Of a stretch of DNA of 64,000 bases, positions 26,895-41,739 are shown one piece after another. The stretch lies in NCBI GenBank assembly GCA_037379345.1, contig CM074517.1, positions 43,752,500 through 43,816,499 on the forward strand, given 5' to 3'. The position numbers were made by a program, and so were the translations under genes. Under the pieces are notes generated by a model. It was not told where the DNA came from. It worked only from the letters and a program-made list of their open reading frames with translations, and made no database searches. Each line of letters opens with the position of its first letter. The stretch's first letter is position 1. Source of the DNA: Perna viridis (taxonomy: Eukaryota).

Positions 26895-29004
26895 TTTAAT
26901 CCAGATTCTGGTAGGTAACTAATTTTTTATTTTCTTTAAACCCCAGTTAGCATTCTCCAAAATGTTTCCTTTTCCACACATATATGACAATTTGAAATAG
27001 TATTTAGGATTCAACAACTGAATAAAAAGTCACTCCATTTCTAATAATTGCCAGAATATTTTTATCTATATATATATGGTAGTTCCATGAGTGTTCTAAC
27101 TTTCATATGTCAAATTGAGACGAACATTGGGACCAAGCCTTTGAAGTTACCACACATGACAACTTTCTCCATTTATCTTTATCAGACACATCACACCTTT
27201 ATTTTTTTAAAGATTTGACCGCATTAAATCCATTAAACTGAAGTTCCGTTTTAAAATAGTGTTAAATTCATTTCATTTCAGATATGTACACAAAACAACA
27301 ACTTGTAATCTCCTAAGAAGATCTATTTTCAAATGCAAAGTTGTCTCTGTTCATTGACTATATCATCTCATTCAATTCTTTTTCTTTTTTAGTTTTCGGA
27401 TCGGTAATACCTATCATTTCCTCTTGAACTCAACATCACCACTGACATTTCCTGATTGATTTTCCTCATCTAATTAAATAATTCAGTCATTTTTAAAAAT
27501 TCTTTAAACAATAACCTGATGAAACTTCAAAGTTTATTTAACTTCCTTTAAAAGAAGATTATCTATTTCTAAATGTGTAAACACATTTATTACCTTAACG
27601 AGAACTAATTTACTCCTCAAAACTTGTCATAATTCTGTTTTGATTTATGACTTTTAAAGTCTAGCAGACTATCCCCAATTAAATGCAATTTGACAGGTCA
27701 TATAATGTATATCTAGTGCACCCTGCCTGCAAAGGCATGTTACGGGTAAATAAACAAATACACAAGCGTCAAATATAACATTGCACATTTCAGACACTGA
27801 TTTTTTTGTCCTACTATTGATCTAAAAAGACGGAATGATATCACTACAAAAATAACCTGTCTTCCTCTTTCAGGTCAAATCACCACACAATAAATGGACA
27901 GTAATAGCATTTAGAAATGCTCAAAACAAAACTGAAAATTAGTATTGAATTGATCATAACTGAGTTTATGCTGGTCTCCGTTTCTAATCAATGAAAAGTC
28001 CGCCAACAAGTTGTATAAATCTTCCCATAAGCATGTGTGAACTAAACAGAGAAACTACTTTAATATTAATGGCATTACTTTGTTTCAGATGAAATACAAC
28101 AGGGTGTCGATTTAGCAGTAAATAAAGATATTATTTCAGTAGCTAATGGCTATTCCTAGAATTAGGGCATCTATACATGAATTGGTTTCTTTTCCTTATT
28201 TTATGTGAACAAATATCATCAATAAATCATAATAGAAAAACAGAGATAAAACATGAATCTATGTGTCTACCATTATGTATGTCAGATGGGAAAAAATTTG
28301 GGAGGGGATTTGGGTTCATAATTCCTTTCCTTAGCATTTTAGTATCAGGGGACCATAAGTCCCTTCAAAATTGATCTTTCAGACTTCACTAAAATCTAAT
28401 AAAGGCCAATGAACTTTCTTTAATTGATCAGACGGATCAATTTTGAAGAAATTTCAATGTTTGCCGTTGTATTATAAGCAATACACACTATGGTCAGTCA
28501 TATTAACTGTACAGTTTGATGATGTACCTTTTAAGATAGAGTTAGTTTCATGGTTTTGATCATGCATCCTATGTGAGTTCCATGTATTTGACCTTCCTTG
28601 TTACTGACACCTTGACACCAACAGTCTAAATTTGACAAGAAGTAACAAATTTTGTTCAAAACAGGTTGCAATGATTGAAATAGAAGAAGTTAAGGTAATA
28701 AAGTATAAATCATTGGGGAATCTTTTTTGTGCTTTTAAAAAAGGCCCTTTGTTCTAACTTACACAGTTGAAAGTCCTAACTTTTTCCAAGTTTCAAATCA
28801 ACTAACCACAAGAAGAAAACCAAAAGTCCACAACAAAATGTCAAAGAGAGGAGGTTGAAGGTTCAGGATGGAAGTAAATGAAATTTCAAAGGTCCCATGT
28901 CAGAATTTGAAGGTCCAAGAATTTGGACCCACCATAATTTTAATCCCTGAGGCCTAGTGCACTTGTCATTGCCAGCTATAGTTCTACAAGTAATTGAAAC
29001 TTAC

Positions 29005-29047
29005 CTGCCGTCCCAAAGAGTCCTTTTAATAGTTTGACAATCCACAT
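29005..29047 (-). CDS. RASAL2: Candidate alternative first coding exon: MWIVKLLKGLFGTA(D) (phase 1, joins 22807)
   Basis: AAGATG start, consensus donor CAG|gtaagt, 43 nt = phase 1; G+AT gives D-ASYEK, matching the D-x-SYEK I recall in raskol. Confidence 0.7.
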
Positions 29048-30721
29048 CTTGGATAAAAGATAGAATTGTCAGGGTTACATTGACATATATATTGTTCTCA
29101 TTCAACAGTTATTTCTATATCACAGATAAATCCTAGCTAAGATTTTTTAAATAGAAACAGTTTTTTTTTTTTTTTCACAAATTTTAAGGCTAAAGTGCAT
29201 CTATTTAAAAGTCATCACTTTAAAACCTCAAAATTCTACTTTTCTCATCTCAAATATATTCTCAGTAGGAAAAAATAATGTTGATCTTTAGTATCTTTCT
29301 TTCCTACGTCTCAGCTCATGCTACGACTAGACAGGTCTATATATACAAGTCAGAGACCATGGCTAACTATAGTCTATCCCAACACTATCACTTATATATG
29401 TTGTTCTCATTCTCATGAATCAATGATCAAAGAAGTTGCAAGTACTTAAATCGATAAAAAAAAACATACATCCAAAAACAATGACCAATACCCTGAGGTC
29501 ACTGCACTTTCTTGGCTTTGGAATGATTCAGACTCCCCCCACAACAATGGAAACCAAGACACCACAAGTCAATCACAAATCCAAATGAAAACAATCAAAT
29601 CTGATCTGGTTGTTCATTAGGAAAATAGGAGAAGTAGAAACATTTGACGAGGTGTCAATAACAGGTTTAGAGTACCACCAATACATAAACATCTAATCTG
29701 GAGTCAGAGGTAAGCAATGGATAGATAACAAGCCATCAATCAGCTGAAATCTACATCATCTGGTGAAATCTATGATCCTGCTTGTTACTTCACTAAACAC
29801 TCACTGTTGTTCTTGGCTTATTGTAACATTGGTAAATTGATGTTTTTTCTTGTACAGGTGTCCTTCCTCACCTAAGATCACTTAACTTTATTGATGGGTT
29901 TTAAATGTTGCTTTTTTTTAGTTTTACACAATATATATTATTTCCAATCAATTTCCTTATCTGCTAATGTTGTAGCATGTTGACAGAATATAAACACTGT
30001 CTCTTTTTTCCCCTCTAGAAAAGAAATAAATCTTTTTTGTGTTTTGAATTCCCTGGTATCAAAAAGGCACTGCTTCAGATATTTCATAATTCTTATTTCA
30101 GTGTTAAGAATGCAAAAATTCAGAACTTAAATCAACACATTCAATCCTAGAAAATATGTCTGGAAATGCACATTTTGAGCTCTATATTTTCATTTCGAGC
30201 AGAAAAACAGAAGTTTTAATTATCACCTTACTGCCAAAAGCATTTCCATAACAGGTTCCACAAGTAGCTCTCGACTTCCTAACAAATCATCCCAACTGCA
30301 ATTATAACTCCATTAAGAAGACATAATGGAATTTCCATGCATAGAAACAAAAGCCAATGAATCGCCAATCACATTTGTATGCAAAACGTTTATTCCTTAT
30401 TAGTCAATTTAAACATTCATCAATTTTGTATCTGATTTCTTGCTTGGTAAGAGAATTTACTGCAAAAGCTTTAAGCTTGCCAGTGTCATTCTGGTTTATA
30501 TGTACTGGTATATTTCCCCTTTTTATATTATGAATTTGCATAAATTAGTCTTGTGTATCATTTTTCTTAGCAACTAATTGTTTGACATACTATCATTACA
30601 CAAATTATGGATGAATGAAATTGTGGCAATTTGCAGATGAGTAAAACTATAGTATCAGAAAATTCATCCACAGCAATACAAGTTTCATGTTCCATTTGCA
30701 CAATTTTTATTTAAACAAGCA

Positions 30722-30910
30722 AGGTGTCTTGTAAAAGGCAGGAACTGCTCACTCGCCTGGAGTACAGGTTCACCCCCAGGTTTAATGGTGTTCAAATTGT
30801 GTGTTACTGAGTTTACATCTAGTTTGTATTGTGTGACTTAATCTTTCTCTGTTGTCTTGTTGGTGTTCCTGACTTTGATTTGTCCAATAACTCCACTCAT
30901 TTGAACCTCT
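30722..30910 (+). mobile_element. Degenerate dispersed SINE-like bivalve repeat; related copy on the minus strand at ~19140-19270
   Basis: GCAGGAACTGCTCACTCGCCTGGAGTACAGGTTCACCCCCAGGTTT motif followed by a T-rich body; reverse-complement similarity to 19195-19270. Confidence 0.5.
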
Positions 30911-33659
30911 GATATCTCCAATTCTTCTATTACTCCATGTGTGTATTATTCAAACTGAAAATGAATTTTTACCTCAAACTGACCCCATCCTAGCCTCATT
31001 CAATATTTACTTACTGTGTTTCATCATCCAAATTTTTGTGTGTGAACATATGCTACGCCACAATAATTGTAGTAGTGGATCATTATTAGACAGGAGTAAG
31101 CCCTTGCTTCTATTCAAATAAGTCTTGGTCAGAGTAACTCAATAAAGTATGGCTACAAAGCTTTAATTACAGATGATAATAAAACGGATAGTTATCATAT
31201 ACAGACTAAAATGACATGAAAAGATATTGATGTTCTGGTATGCAACAGCTTCTTCTGTCTGAAGAGGGTGAATTATACAGTCCCTGAGCACCACATCAGT
31301 GTTTTAACAAGAGGGGATCTTAAAAATAGGACAGAGGTAATAATTGCCAACCCACTAAAATTATTGAATAAACCACATCTTTGCCTTTTACTAGGAATGA
31401 GTTAAAACCATCACTATTTTACAGAACTGAACATAAAGTTGCACACAGTCGTGCTTGGCCTACCTCCACTCCAAATGAAGTTCAAATGATATCAAACAGC
31501 ACCTTATCACTTACAACCTATGCCCTATTGCCATAAAGTCTATACCAAATTTGAAATAAATCCATCTTTTGGAAGCAAGATTTTTGTGTTGAAAATAATC
31601 TCTATCGTTCCATGTCGTAAATAATGACAAAAAAAAAAAAAAAACACAAAACAAAAAGTTAATATTGGACGGCACCCAAAATTACAATCTATGCCCCATC
31701 AATATAAAGCCACATACCAAATTTCATAATATTCCATCCATAGGGAGCAGAGATAATTGTGTGATGAAGTTTGGATGGATGGAAAAGATGATTCACTCAT
31801 TGAGTGGGGTATAATTTCATGAAGAAGACATTATCAGGTATTTGAAGCAAGACTATATGGTTGAAAACAAAATAATTTTGAAGGCAACTTTTCCAAAGAA
31901 ATGTTAAAGTAGAAAAACAAAACAACTGAAGTTTGTTGCTGTGAATTCTTTTGACATGCTCTCTGAACAAATTAGATCAGACAAAACATTTATGGCTGAA
32001 TTATCGTGTCTATTTCTCGGTTGCTAATCTGGAAGATCAAATTGCTGATACCAATGTACCAGATTGCATTTCCATGTCAGGAACATCATGTTCTTTGAGA
32101 AACAATTTACCAGAATTTTACAATCTTTCATCCCATACAATTTACACTAATAGTCTTACATAAAACCATTAGCAGGAGTATCACCAGCCCTGGAAACAAA
32201 AGTGATAAAATTTTACGGTTTAAACTGATCAATTTCAAACAGCGGAAAATGAGTGTTGTAACAGAAAAATCTGATCTAGACAGACTGAGACCTGGAAGGT
32301 GCAATTTTTATGTACATAAAATAATTTTTCCTCTAGCATTAAATTTAAAATCTAATTGTGTTGTACTTTTAACGATTCCTTTATGGTACACTGAAAATAC
32401 TAAGTTCATTCATGACTTTGCTTGATCACCATGAGATCTTCATTGTCCATAATACTCAGACTTAGAACCAAAAAGACCCAATGCATTTAGCACAATAAAA
32501 CATGGTTTAACCCACCATTTTCAGTGGAAAAACCTACAGAATTATTGTAGTTGTTTCCAACATTCAGTTTATTGCCTTGATATTGTCATTTGTTACATAA
32601 ACTTTCCTTCTTTTGACAATTCCTTTAGAATATTGCCAAGTTTTTGCCTATAAATATTGTCCTTTATTTCAACGTCTATACTATGAAAAGATTATAAAAA
32701 AGTAAATGTGATAGTGGCTTAAACTAATGCCTTTCAATACCTGGAATACATGTCTATGTTTCATGATGATGGAACTCCATGTTCATAGGAAAAAGGTTTC
32801 AATATTTACCAAAGCATGACTGATGACAGGACATTGATCCATACACTTTGTTGATGAGTTATATAATTGGATAGTGGGCCTTACAAGAGAGCTTGAAAAC
32901 CTCATCTGTCTTTTTATTTGAAAATATGATACAACAGAAAATGAATTTAACATTCAAAAGAAATATATGAGTTAAGCAACTTTCAAATCCATAATAATAA
33001 TGACTACCAATATAGCTTCAAATCATGAATTTGTTCTAAGGGCATGTACAGATACTGGACTAAACAAAAGTAATCTTCATCAAACAATATAATAACAAAA
33101 TATAAACTATTGCCCTCAAACTTTGGTCATGAAAGTTTTAGTGCCAGAGACCTGGAAGCAACATGAATATCTTCCAAACCTAACCAGTACAATACCCATA
33201 TGTGATCAATAACAGCAATTTTTTTCACAATATGTTTCTATTTATACTAATAGAACCATTAAGATATCCCTTTGGGGAGTTCTCAGTTTCTCCAATATAA
33301 TAGGGAATCAATCCTGTCAGAATCTCCATGACCTTTAACTTCAACAATGGGATAAAACAGGAGGTAATTAGATTATAGATTAATTAATGATATTAATTGG
33401 TTCATTATGATACTTATGAGTTTTGTTCCTTAACACCTGTGAAGGATGATCAATTAGTAAGAAATTGATGAAAATTGAAAAGGACTTGCATGTACATGTA
33501 TAACCTACTAAATCACAGCAGTAATAGCCTGTCACCACAGGCTGACACAATATTGTTTATTAAAAGTACAATGCTTGCAGTACAAGTATAATGATACTAC
33601 TTACAATTATAATGATGCTTCCTAATTTAACATCAAGATAGAAAAATATATCTTTTATT

Positions 33660-33790
33660 TTGACATGAACCTCCACGCATAGATACCCATTTCTTACTCA
33701 ATCTCTAGTGAGTACTTGAAGGAGAGACAGTGTTTATAATTTCAAAGTCTTTGCTATGACTTAGCTGGGGTTTGAACCCACAACCTGGAA
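33660..33790 (-). mobile_element. Degenerate tRNA-derived SINE (B box plus a core resembling the Meta domain)
   Basis: Minus strand GGTTCAAACC B box (33769-33778) followed by GTCATAGCAAAGACTTTGAAATT, resembling mollusc SINE cores as I recall them. Confidence 0.55.
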
Positions 33791-34800
33791 GCACTGTCTG
33801 TAATATCAGAGAGTCTTATATTTATGTTCCTGCATTACCTGAATAGAAAATGCCAATATGTAACTGTCCCATGAGAGTCAATGATTGATTTATGAAAGTA
33901 TAGTATTGTATGGAAGTGAACATGCTATGATGAGAACATTGTAACCATGTATAATTTATGACCCTTGCCCTTGCCCTAGCCCTACTACCTACTCTATATG
34001 GTGCCTCTAAAGTGCTAGGTCATTATTATAATCAGAGACAGGTTAAACAGCCTGGTCATTGATAACGACCATCAGCCCCCTTTGATTATAATGATTCTAC
34101 CCATTAACCCCCAACTGGGATTACCTATCTGAACAACTGATCTCACTAACAATTCATTATACACCTAAAATATATAGACAAGGTGTTGATTTAATTACAG
34201 ACATATCATTTCATTTGCCTGAATGTGCCAAACCATATCCTTAAGTCAGAAATGATTCACTATAGAAAACAGATCATCATACACCCATAGATACACCATA
34301 TCAATAAATTAAAGCAGGTCTGAGTTTCATAAGAATGGGCCCACAGCCATGCTAAGCTTGTCATAAAAGTTGAGTAAACAGCGCTCAGAACGCTGGCCCT
34401 GCCCACAAAGCAACTTGGTTGTGTGCCCCAGTTGGTTGAATGGGGTACATCAGGCATGCTAAAGAAAAGTGCTGTGATATTCAACAATAATAATAGCATT
34501 GGCTCAGCTACAGGAGGCTAAAGTGCCTCTCCCTATATCCAGTGGCACTTAGAATTCATCAACCCTACTATCCTAGTGTCCCATCTCATTTTTAATTGCA
34601 TCATCATTTCATGTTCACTGCCCAAATATAGCTGAAATATTGCAGCTTAAGCATTAAACAACAACCAATCAAAAATTTTTTTTCATTTCATCTCATTTTT
34701 TCATTTTATGTTAACTAAGAATTAGAGCAGAAGATTCTTTTTTAAAAGTGAAAATGTTAAAAATGTTGGTACATTATTAAAAAAAAATGGTAAATAAAAT

Positions 34801-35137
34801 AACAAGAGGCTCCCAGGAGTCTGAATCGCTCACCTGGTTAAAGTTTGTCTTTCAAGAGCAATAAATTTAACAAGGAGTTGTCCAACAATTTTTACTCAAC
34901 AAGACTTTAGTACGACTATCTTAAAGATCATTTCTGCGATTGAAAGTTTCTTTCTATCTATTGTAGTTTTCAAGATATTGGCTGAAAACTGTAAAAAGGA
35001 ATTCATTTTTCATCTTTCAAGGGCAGTAACTCTTACAAGGAGTTGCCTGACAATTTTGATCCCTGAAGACTTTTGAAGGCCTTATAATAAGGGTCATTTC
35101 AGCAATGGAAATAATTATGCTAAACCTAACGGTTTTG

Positions 35138-35185
<48 letters not shown>

Positions 35186-35740
35186 AAAATCACAGTCTGA
35201 CCCCTATGTTCTATTTTTAGTAATGGTTGACGTATTCTTCAATGGATCAAAAATCCCCACATCAGTTCTATGTAGGAAACTCCAAGGAACATTCACACCA
35301 AGTTTGATTCCAATTGGTCAAGTAGTGTAAGAGAAGAAAATTTTTGAACGAAATAACATTAGCAAAAAACGTCGAAAAAGGGCAATAACTCTAAAATGGC
35401 ATAACAGATTAAAATGGAAATTTGACCACACATAGTTCTTATCATGCTTAACAGTTTTACATGGTCAGAATTTGGCTAAACCTAACGGTTTTGGAGATAT
35501 ATGCGAAAAACTACTGTCTGACCCCTATGTTCTATTTTTAGTAACGACGGCCATGTTTTTCAACAGATCAAAAATTCCCACATCAGTTCTATGCAGGATA
35601 CCCCAAGGAAAATTCATACCAAGCTCAGTTCCAATTAGTCAAGTGGTGTCAGAGGAGAAGAGTTTTGAAAAAATTGTTAAGACGATGGACACAAAGTGAT
35701 AGCACGAGCTAAAATGGCCTTTGGCCAGGTGAGCTAAAAA
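34801..35740 (-). mobile_element. Helentron-associated non-autonomous element (HINE/DINE-1-like), apparently complete
   Basis: Subterminal inverted repeats GCTCACCTGG (34828) / CCAGGTGAGC (35724), terminal hairpin AGGCTCC-CA-GGAGTCT, A/T-run insertion site, internal repeated blocks (~35119-35345 and ~35474-35670), internal (TA)n. Confidence 0.8.
35139..35182. repeat. (AT)n microsatellite inside the HINE-like element
   Basis: About 22 AT units where the paralogous blocks have only GAGATATATGC. Confidence 0.95.
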
Positions 35741-37059
35741 TTAGTCCACACAGCAAATTATGAGAAAAACAATTAAAAAATAAGAAAAAAAAACACACAC
35801 GTACACATTTACTTATGAAAGTATGTTTATTTATAGGATACCAATTTTCCTGTTTCTTATTGTTTTGGCAAACAATGAAATTAATGCCTCAATAAAATGA
35901 AAATAACAGTTCAATTATATGAATTAAAGAAACTACAAACTTTCATTTTTTCCCTAAGCCATGAGAATTGGTACCCACACTTATAAGTTCTCCAACAGTT
36001 TTCATCTTGATAAAAAATTTCTTTCTTGAGTGTGTGAGGTATAATTCAGACAATGTAAGTGTACAAGGTCTGGCTCAAGATAAGATGGAAGTGATAATTG
36101 GCCAGGCCTCCAAGGAGATAATTGTTTTACTTCATATTGATTAACAAAACCAAAATCCCAAAAGGAGGAGGGGTGAAAAGGTTATGGAGGGTTCAAGGTT
36201 TGGGAATAATTAACTTCAAGAAATGGGTTGAAAGAAGGACACTGCAGAAATATATGTTTAGGTGTGGTTATTTAGACATTCATGCTTTGAATGCAATAGC
36301 TTAACAAAGTCGAAGATTTTTACACAATATTTCAAAAATTTAGAAAGGCAAAAGCTAATTGTACGAACTCAACACTATTGCACCTCATAACATTCTACAA
36401 TTAATTTGATAACCCCCCCCCCCCCCCCATTCCCCATTTGATAACAAATACCTTTCAACCTCCGAATTGAATTGGATCTAAATCTAAAATTCTATAAAAG
36501 TTTCATTAAATTCCAATAAGTTGTGTAGGAGGAAAAAGGAATAAGAGAATGGTGTAATGGAAGGAAGGATGGACACACCTATCACTATATGCCCCCTATC
36601 AAAGTAGAGGGTACAATAATCACTACTTGACATGCAAGAGTAAATGATACCAAGATTCTAAAACACATGTCCCATATAATATGAACTCTGCAATACCAGT
36701 ACGACTGTGTTTACTTAGAAAATCTAAACCTAAGTGGACTCTTATGGCAATCAGTAAGAACACAAACCCCAAACCACAATGTTTAAAATCAATGTATCTA
36801 AAATCTAAGCTATCTCTATGTAGTTACAAAAAAAAACAAAAACAAAAAAAACATGTAAAATCACCAAAAAATCTGTGCAATAATATTCATATAAAGCCTC
36901 AGCTTTACAAGCACTCGGTGCACACTGCATGAAATTTAAATACCAGTCAAAGGGAGATGATCCAATCAAATATTTGTGCATCAAAATTACTACCTTCAAC
37001 TAAATGTGCCTGAACTTCATATAAAAAAAACAGAAAAAAAAACACCACACACTACTTAC

Positions 37060-37080
37060 GTTTAGATCCTGGCCAAACAT
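37060..37080 (-). CDS. RASAL2: 21-nt symmetric microexon (phase 1-1): xVWPGSK(H)
   Basis: Branch-like ctaaa/ttaac, strong polypyrimidine tract cttttcttcctttctatctgaag, donor AAC|gtaagt, open in phase 1. Confidence 0.6.
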
Positions 37081-40000
37081 CTTCAGATAGAAAGGAAGAA
37101 AAGTTAAATTTAGCCAATAAATACCATAATTCACAAATATTGAAGTATTGAATTTTCCTGGATAAACATTTATCATCACTCAATACTCAATCAATATATT
37201 AAATATTTTTGTTTGTGGCAGCTTTCCAAATGTGATGTTATGACACTATTGTATGCAAATTATCTAGCAACATTTGCACAAGATTACGCTAGACTTAGAC
37301 TAGTCTTGTAAGGGAGTGTTTATAATAATATGATCATGAGACCAACCATGTGCCATCTGATCTAGTAATGCATCTTTTTACTCATTTTCACAACAATTAT
37401 AGCTACTTATTGAATTAATATCAGTCCTGACAAATGTCAAAGATGCAGAATCATTATTATCCATGTACTTTTTTCTCAATTAGCACTCAATAACACATGT
37501 TTCAATAATAAGTTCTCTGTTCAGTTGTTAAAAGTACATGTAGGAGTTCAAGTACAGTATTTGGGGATGGCTAACAATATGTTTGAGAAATTCCATTTCT
37601 AAATCGAAACTAAAGTTTTAAAAGCTTCCTGTCATTAGAATTATGTGTCTATTGACTACAATGCATGAGTAACTATATAGCTTCATATATGTGTCTGGTT
37701 TTGAACAATACCTAAATTACTAGCTTCCCAAAAATTCCTGTAAAATTACCACCTTGTAGACCTATAGCTAAGATTTAATTCAACAAATAACATGCAATTT
37801 TCAAGAAAATTGAATAAATCACCCCACACCTTGCTTAAGTCATCTGACCTGAGGGGCAGATATCGAGGTAAGAGTAGAACTGCTAAGACATCAATGTCAT
37901 ATGACACTCTCGCCATAATTAAATTTTCTCCATCTTTTCAACAGCTTAGATTATAAGATTGATTTTACATTAACAAATCTGTAATATCTTTTGATATTTG
38001 ACTATGTTTATCTCCTCTATAATTTCTATAATAGAAACTTGACACTTCTGATGATAATCTATGTTCAAGGGTTATATCAAAAATGGACAGTCATTTTCTA
38101 TACAATAACTTTGGTAGAGGGTACCAGAAAATGTCTTCTCATTTGTGATTTTAAATCTTTATTTATTCAATATGTTTCAATATCATGGTAACAGAGGTCA
38201 CTTTAAAGGTGGGATTAAGGGGGGTGGTAAATTTACCTTTCCCTGTGGGCCTTGCATTTTCATCAAAAGATGCTAAAAAGCCCTTTGACTTCAAGTTCAT
38301 TGAAATGCAATAACAGCCCACACAATGTTCTGAATGACCTTTCTTGATCTTGATTTAAGCCCATTCTATTTTCTACCTATGGAGTTCCTTGGATTACAAG
38401 TAACCAAATGATTAATTGTTTAGGTGCTCACAAATGTAAGTCCCATAACTCCAACAAATACTGTCAAATCAAATTAGCGGGGTGATGAAAGGAAGTAAAA
38501 ATTGAGCCAAATATTTCTACAGAGTATGCAAAGATAAGTAAGGTTCAATATCTATGCACACAAACTAATAAATGCAGCCCAATATCATGTCCAACTGATA
38601 CATTCTTGTGGAAGAATTTTTAGCTCCAAGACTTGCTTAGTCTCTCTTGAATAATTAAATCTTTAAATAAAGAAAACACCATATCATTACTGTCAATTAT
38701 TTTATTCTTCTCCTTTCATTTATTGATAAATTTTGAAACATATATTTCAACAACTCTCACATCACCATACAAATAATTTCCTGACTTCTGTACAAATCAC
38801 TCCTTATTGACTTTTGGGTTGACCTTGCAATGGTCAAGTACTACTGTCGCAATGGTCAAGTACCCTTAGTTCATGCACATGTGTTACATGAAGGCTTATG
38901 TTTTTCCTAGTACATGTAGCATTTAAATTCTGGCTAAGTAGCAAATGGGTACAAAACTGAAAATTTTTACATCTAAATAAATACAATAAATTGAGCAATA
39001 CATGTACAAACAACTTGTAGCCATATGTTCCCCGCTGCAAAAAAAAAAAGATGAAAGTGCAAAAATCATGTAACTCTTATAAAATTTGTCAAATCAAAAT
39101 GGTGACGCAATACGGTGACTAACAATCCTACAAAATTCAAAGAAGGTCCTTGAGCAGTATCTGAGGAGTTCCATATAGGGGCAGGGTTCAGTAACTTAGC
39201 AATTTAGCAATCTTAGCAATACATATTTATTTGCCTTTGTCTTCCTAGTTGAAGTTCGCATAGAAGACAATCATTCAGTAACTTTGAGGAAACTTACTTC
39301 ATTAATGCTATCTGCACCAATTTTACCATCAAATAATTCAATATTTAATACTTGCGTTGATACGAATAACTTTTTCTATTTATTCCATCATATCATGGAC
39401 ACAAAAATCCACCACTACATTGTTGCCCTGAATATTTGATTATTTTCCTAATAGGATTAAATGTAAGTATATTCAATAGTGGCTTAGTTTGTTCTATTCT
39501 GACCATATAACTGTCCAAATATAGTGCTATGAATTTTAAGATTTACCCTCAATGGAAGAAGAGGTTTTCCAGTTCTTTTTTACGTTAATTTTTATAGTAG
39601 TGTGCCACTTCATAATATACTATGATTCTTGAACCTCATCATTATTTAGACAAAAAGATTCATTTAAGGTGTATAAAAACAGGGACTTAATCTGCAGCAT
39701 GAAAAAACTTTCTTCACAATTACTGGAAATGATTATGTTAACAACACAAGCCTTATTCGATATGAAACTATTTAGCTGATAGCAAAAGCCTGTTGCATGC
39801 ATGATTTGAAATGGTAAGGCTACATCTGAAATTAGACAATAATTTCTACCCAATTTCATTCCTAACATTTTGTTCAATGTTGACTTTGAAGACAGGCATT
39901 CTTTGCCAATCAATTTCCAATCACCTGTTTTTACTAAGACACTGAAAGTGAAATACTTTTCAATCCTTTTTCATTTAATACAATGGGAGCAAATAAAGTT

Positions 40001-41676
40001 TTCTTTATTGTGAAATTCAACATGGTTAAACTGCACTGAAAGTGAATTTTCAAGAACAAAGGGCATGAACAATATTCTATTAAAACTATAAAGGTTTATT
40101 TATTAATGAGAATTCCAATGAATTCTATCAAATGCTGTAAATGTTGGCTTAAACCATAAAATTACTACTACCCAGGTAAGAATAAAAAGATTTTCCAAGG
40201 CTAAAGCATTGTAGTTTGTCTCGTTCACTTATAAATCACCCACAACAACATACCAATTTTTTAATTCTTTTTTCTATTTGCTTTGACAGCAGAAACTTGG
40301 AGAAACAAATCTAAACGAATTAAGACATGTGTGGTCTAACTTTTTTTCCCTCAGGTTATGGAAGCATAAAATTGGTTAAATTTGTTGTGATAAAATACAT
40401 TTATTTAAAGGAAAATAAAGTCTTAATCAATAAAATATGGAGCATATTAGAAAATAAGTAAAAATGTTTATACAATACTAAAAGAAGGTTAAAGTTTTTA
40501 GCATGTAATTGCGACTTATAAAGGCATTTCCCCTTCAAGTTAACTATGGACAGTTCGTGTATTGGGTCAATTCAATTGATTTGTTTTCATCAACTTTGAC
40601 CAAAGCAATTTAATGAACCAATTGTTACAATAAAATAAATTAATCACATTCTTCCATTAATGGATAAAGGTAGGGCAAAAATGCAGGACATTTTTTTTTA
40701 AATCTGTTATGCTCTTTTTTTTTTCTCGCACTTCATAAACCATAATCTCAATGACTGTTATTACCATTCATAGAAAAATTCAAAAGCAGAAAGAAAAAAA
40801 ATGCTCTGGGCAGCCATATGCGCCACCCACCCCACTAAAATATCAAATACACCACAAAGCAGTCCTATAATTTCCACAAAGTTTGTAAATTAATTTAAAT
40901 ATTTAACTACACTTAACATCTAAACCTACTAAATATGAAATAAAAATTCATACACGGAAAAAAAATATTGATGTTTACAAAACTTTAGATACAGACAGAC
41001 AAGTAAGTTGATGAGATAACCAAAATTATCTAGGTAAATGAACTGGTTGTAAAACCCATTTGTTTCATCATGACAACAATTACCATAACATACCTGGTTC
41101 TTACATATACCGGTACTTAACAAAGGAAAAGCCTATACCACAAACACCTGCAGAACCATATATATATTTAACTAATAACTGACCAAATTTAGATAATTGT
41201 TTAACACACCATAGTAGCTTGAGGGTTTATATAAAAAATTTTTGGTGGATGAGTCAAATGTACAAATGGAAAACATATCAGGTGTCAACTAGCACCTGCT
41301 ATAGCCCTCATTGTAGTTCAACATAGAATGGTCTTAAAAACTTTCTTCCCATATTGTCTATGTTCCTCCAACAAATCTGGTGTATAGACTTCATACAGTC
41401 CTTCTCAAGTTCACTCGGTCTTTAGTTTTAAATTAGAGTTCTGAACTTAGATATCTCTACTATATGCATACAATCAAAGGAAGTGAACTGTATTGTAACA
41501 TATAGAAAATCACCATCTTAACTATACTCACAGAGTATTCACACTCCTCCCCACCCCACAATTCATACAGAAGACCTTTACTGAGTAGTTGCAACTACAT
41601 TATGAACATGGCATTTTGTTCCTCATTGAGTTTCCTCACTCATCCCTTATTTGATAAATGACAATGTAATACTCAC

Positions 41677-41739
41677 TAAGTATTCTTTTGATGAGAACTT
41701 GTCCTCTGTGGTCTGAGTTTTGATGGAGCCGACTCAAGT
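41677..41739 (-). CDS. RASAL2: Internal symmetric exon (63 nt, phase 1-1): xLSRLHQNSDHRGQVLIKRIL
   Basis: Acceptor tattttgttttgtttcag, donor TTA|gtgagt, length divisible by 3, open in phase 1. Confidence 0.75.

Noticed and set aside
31015-31027. MMKH mini-ORF with a phase-1 gtaagt donor
   Set aside because: Only four codons and adjacent to a repeat remnant; insufficient evidence
39298-39329. MVKLVQIALM mini-ORF ending at a gtaagt donor
   Set aside because: Phase 2, incompatible with the downstream phase-1 acceptors
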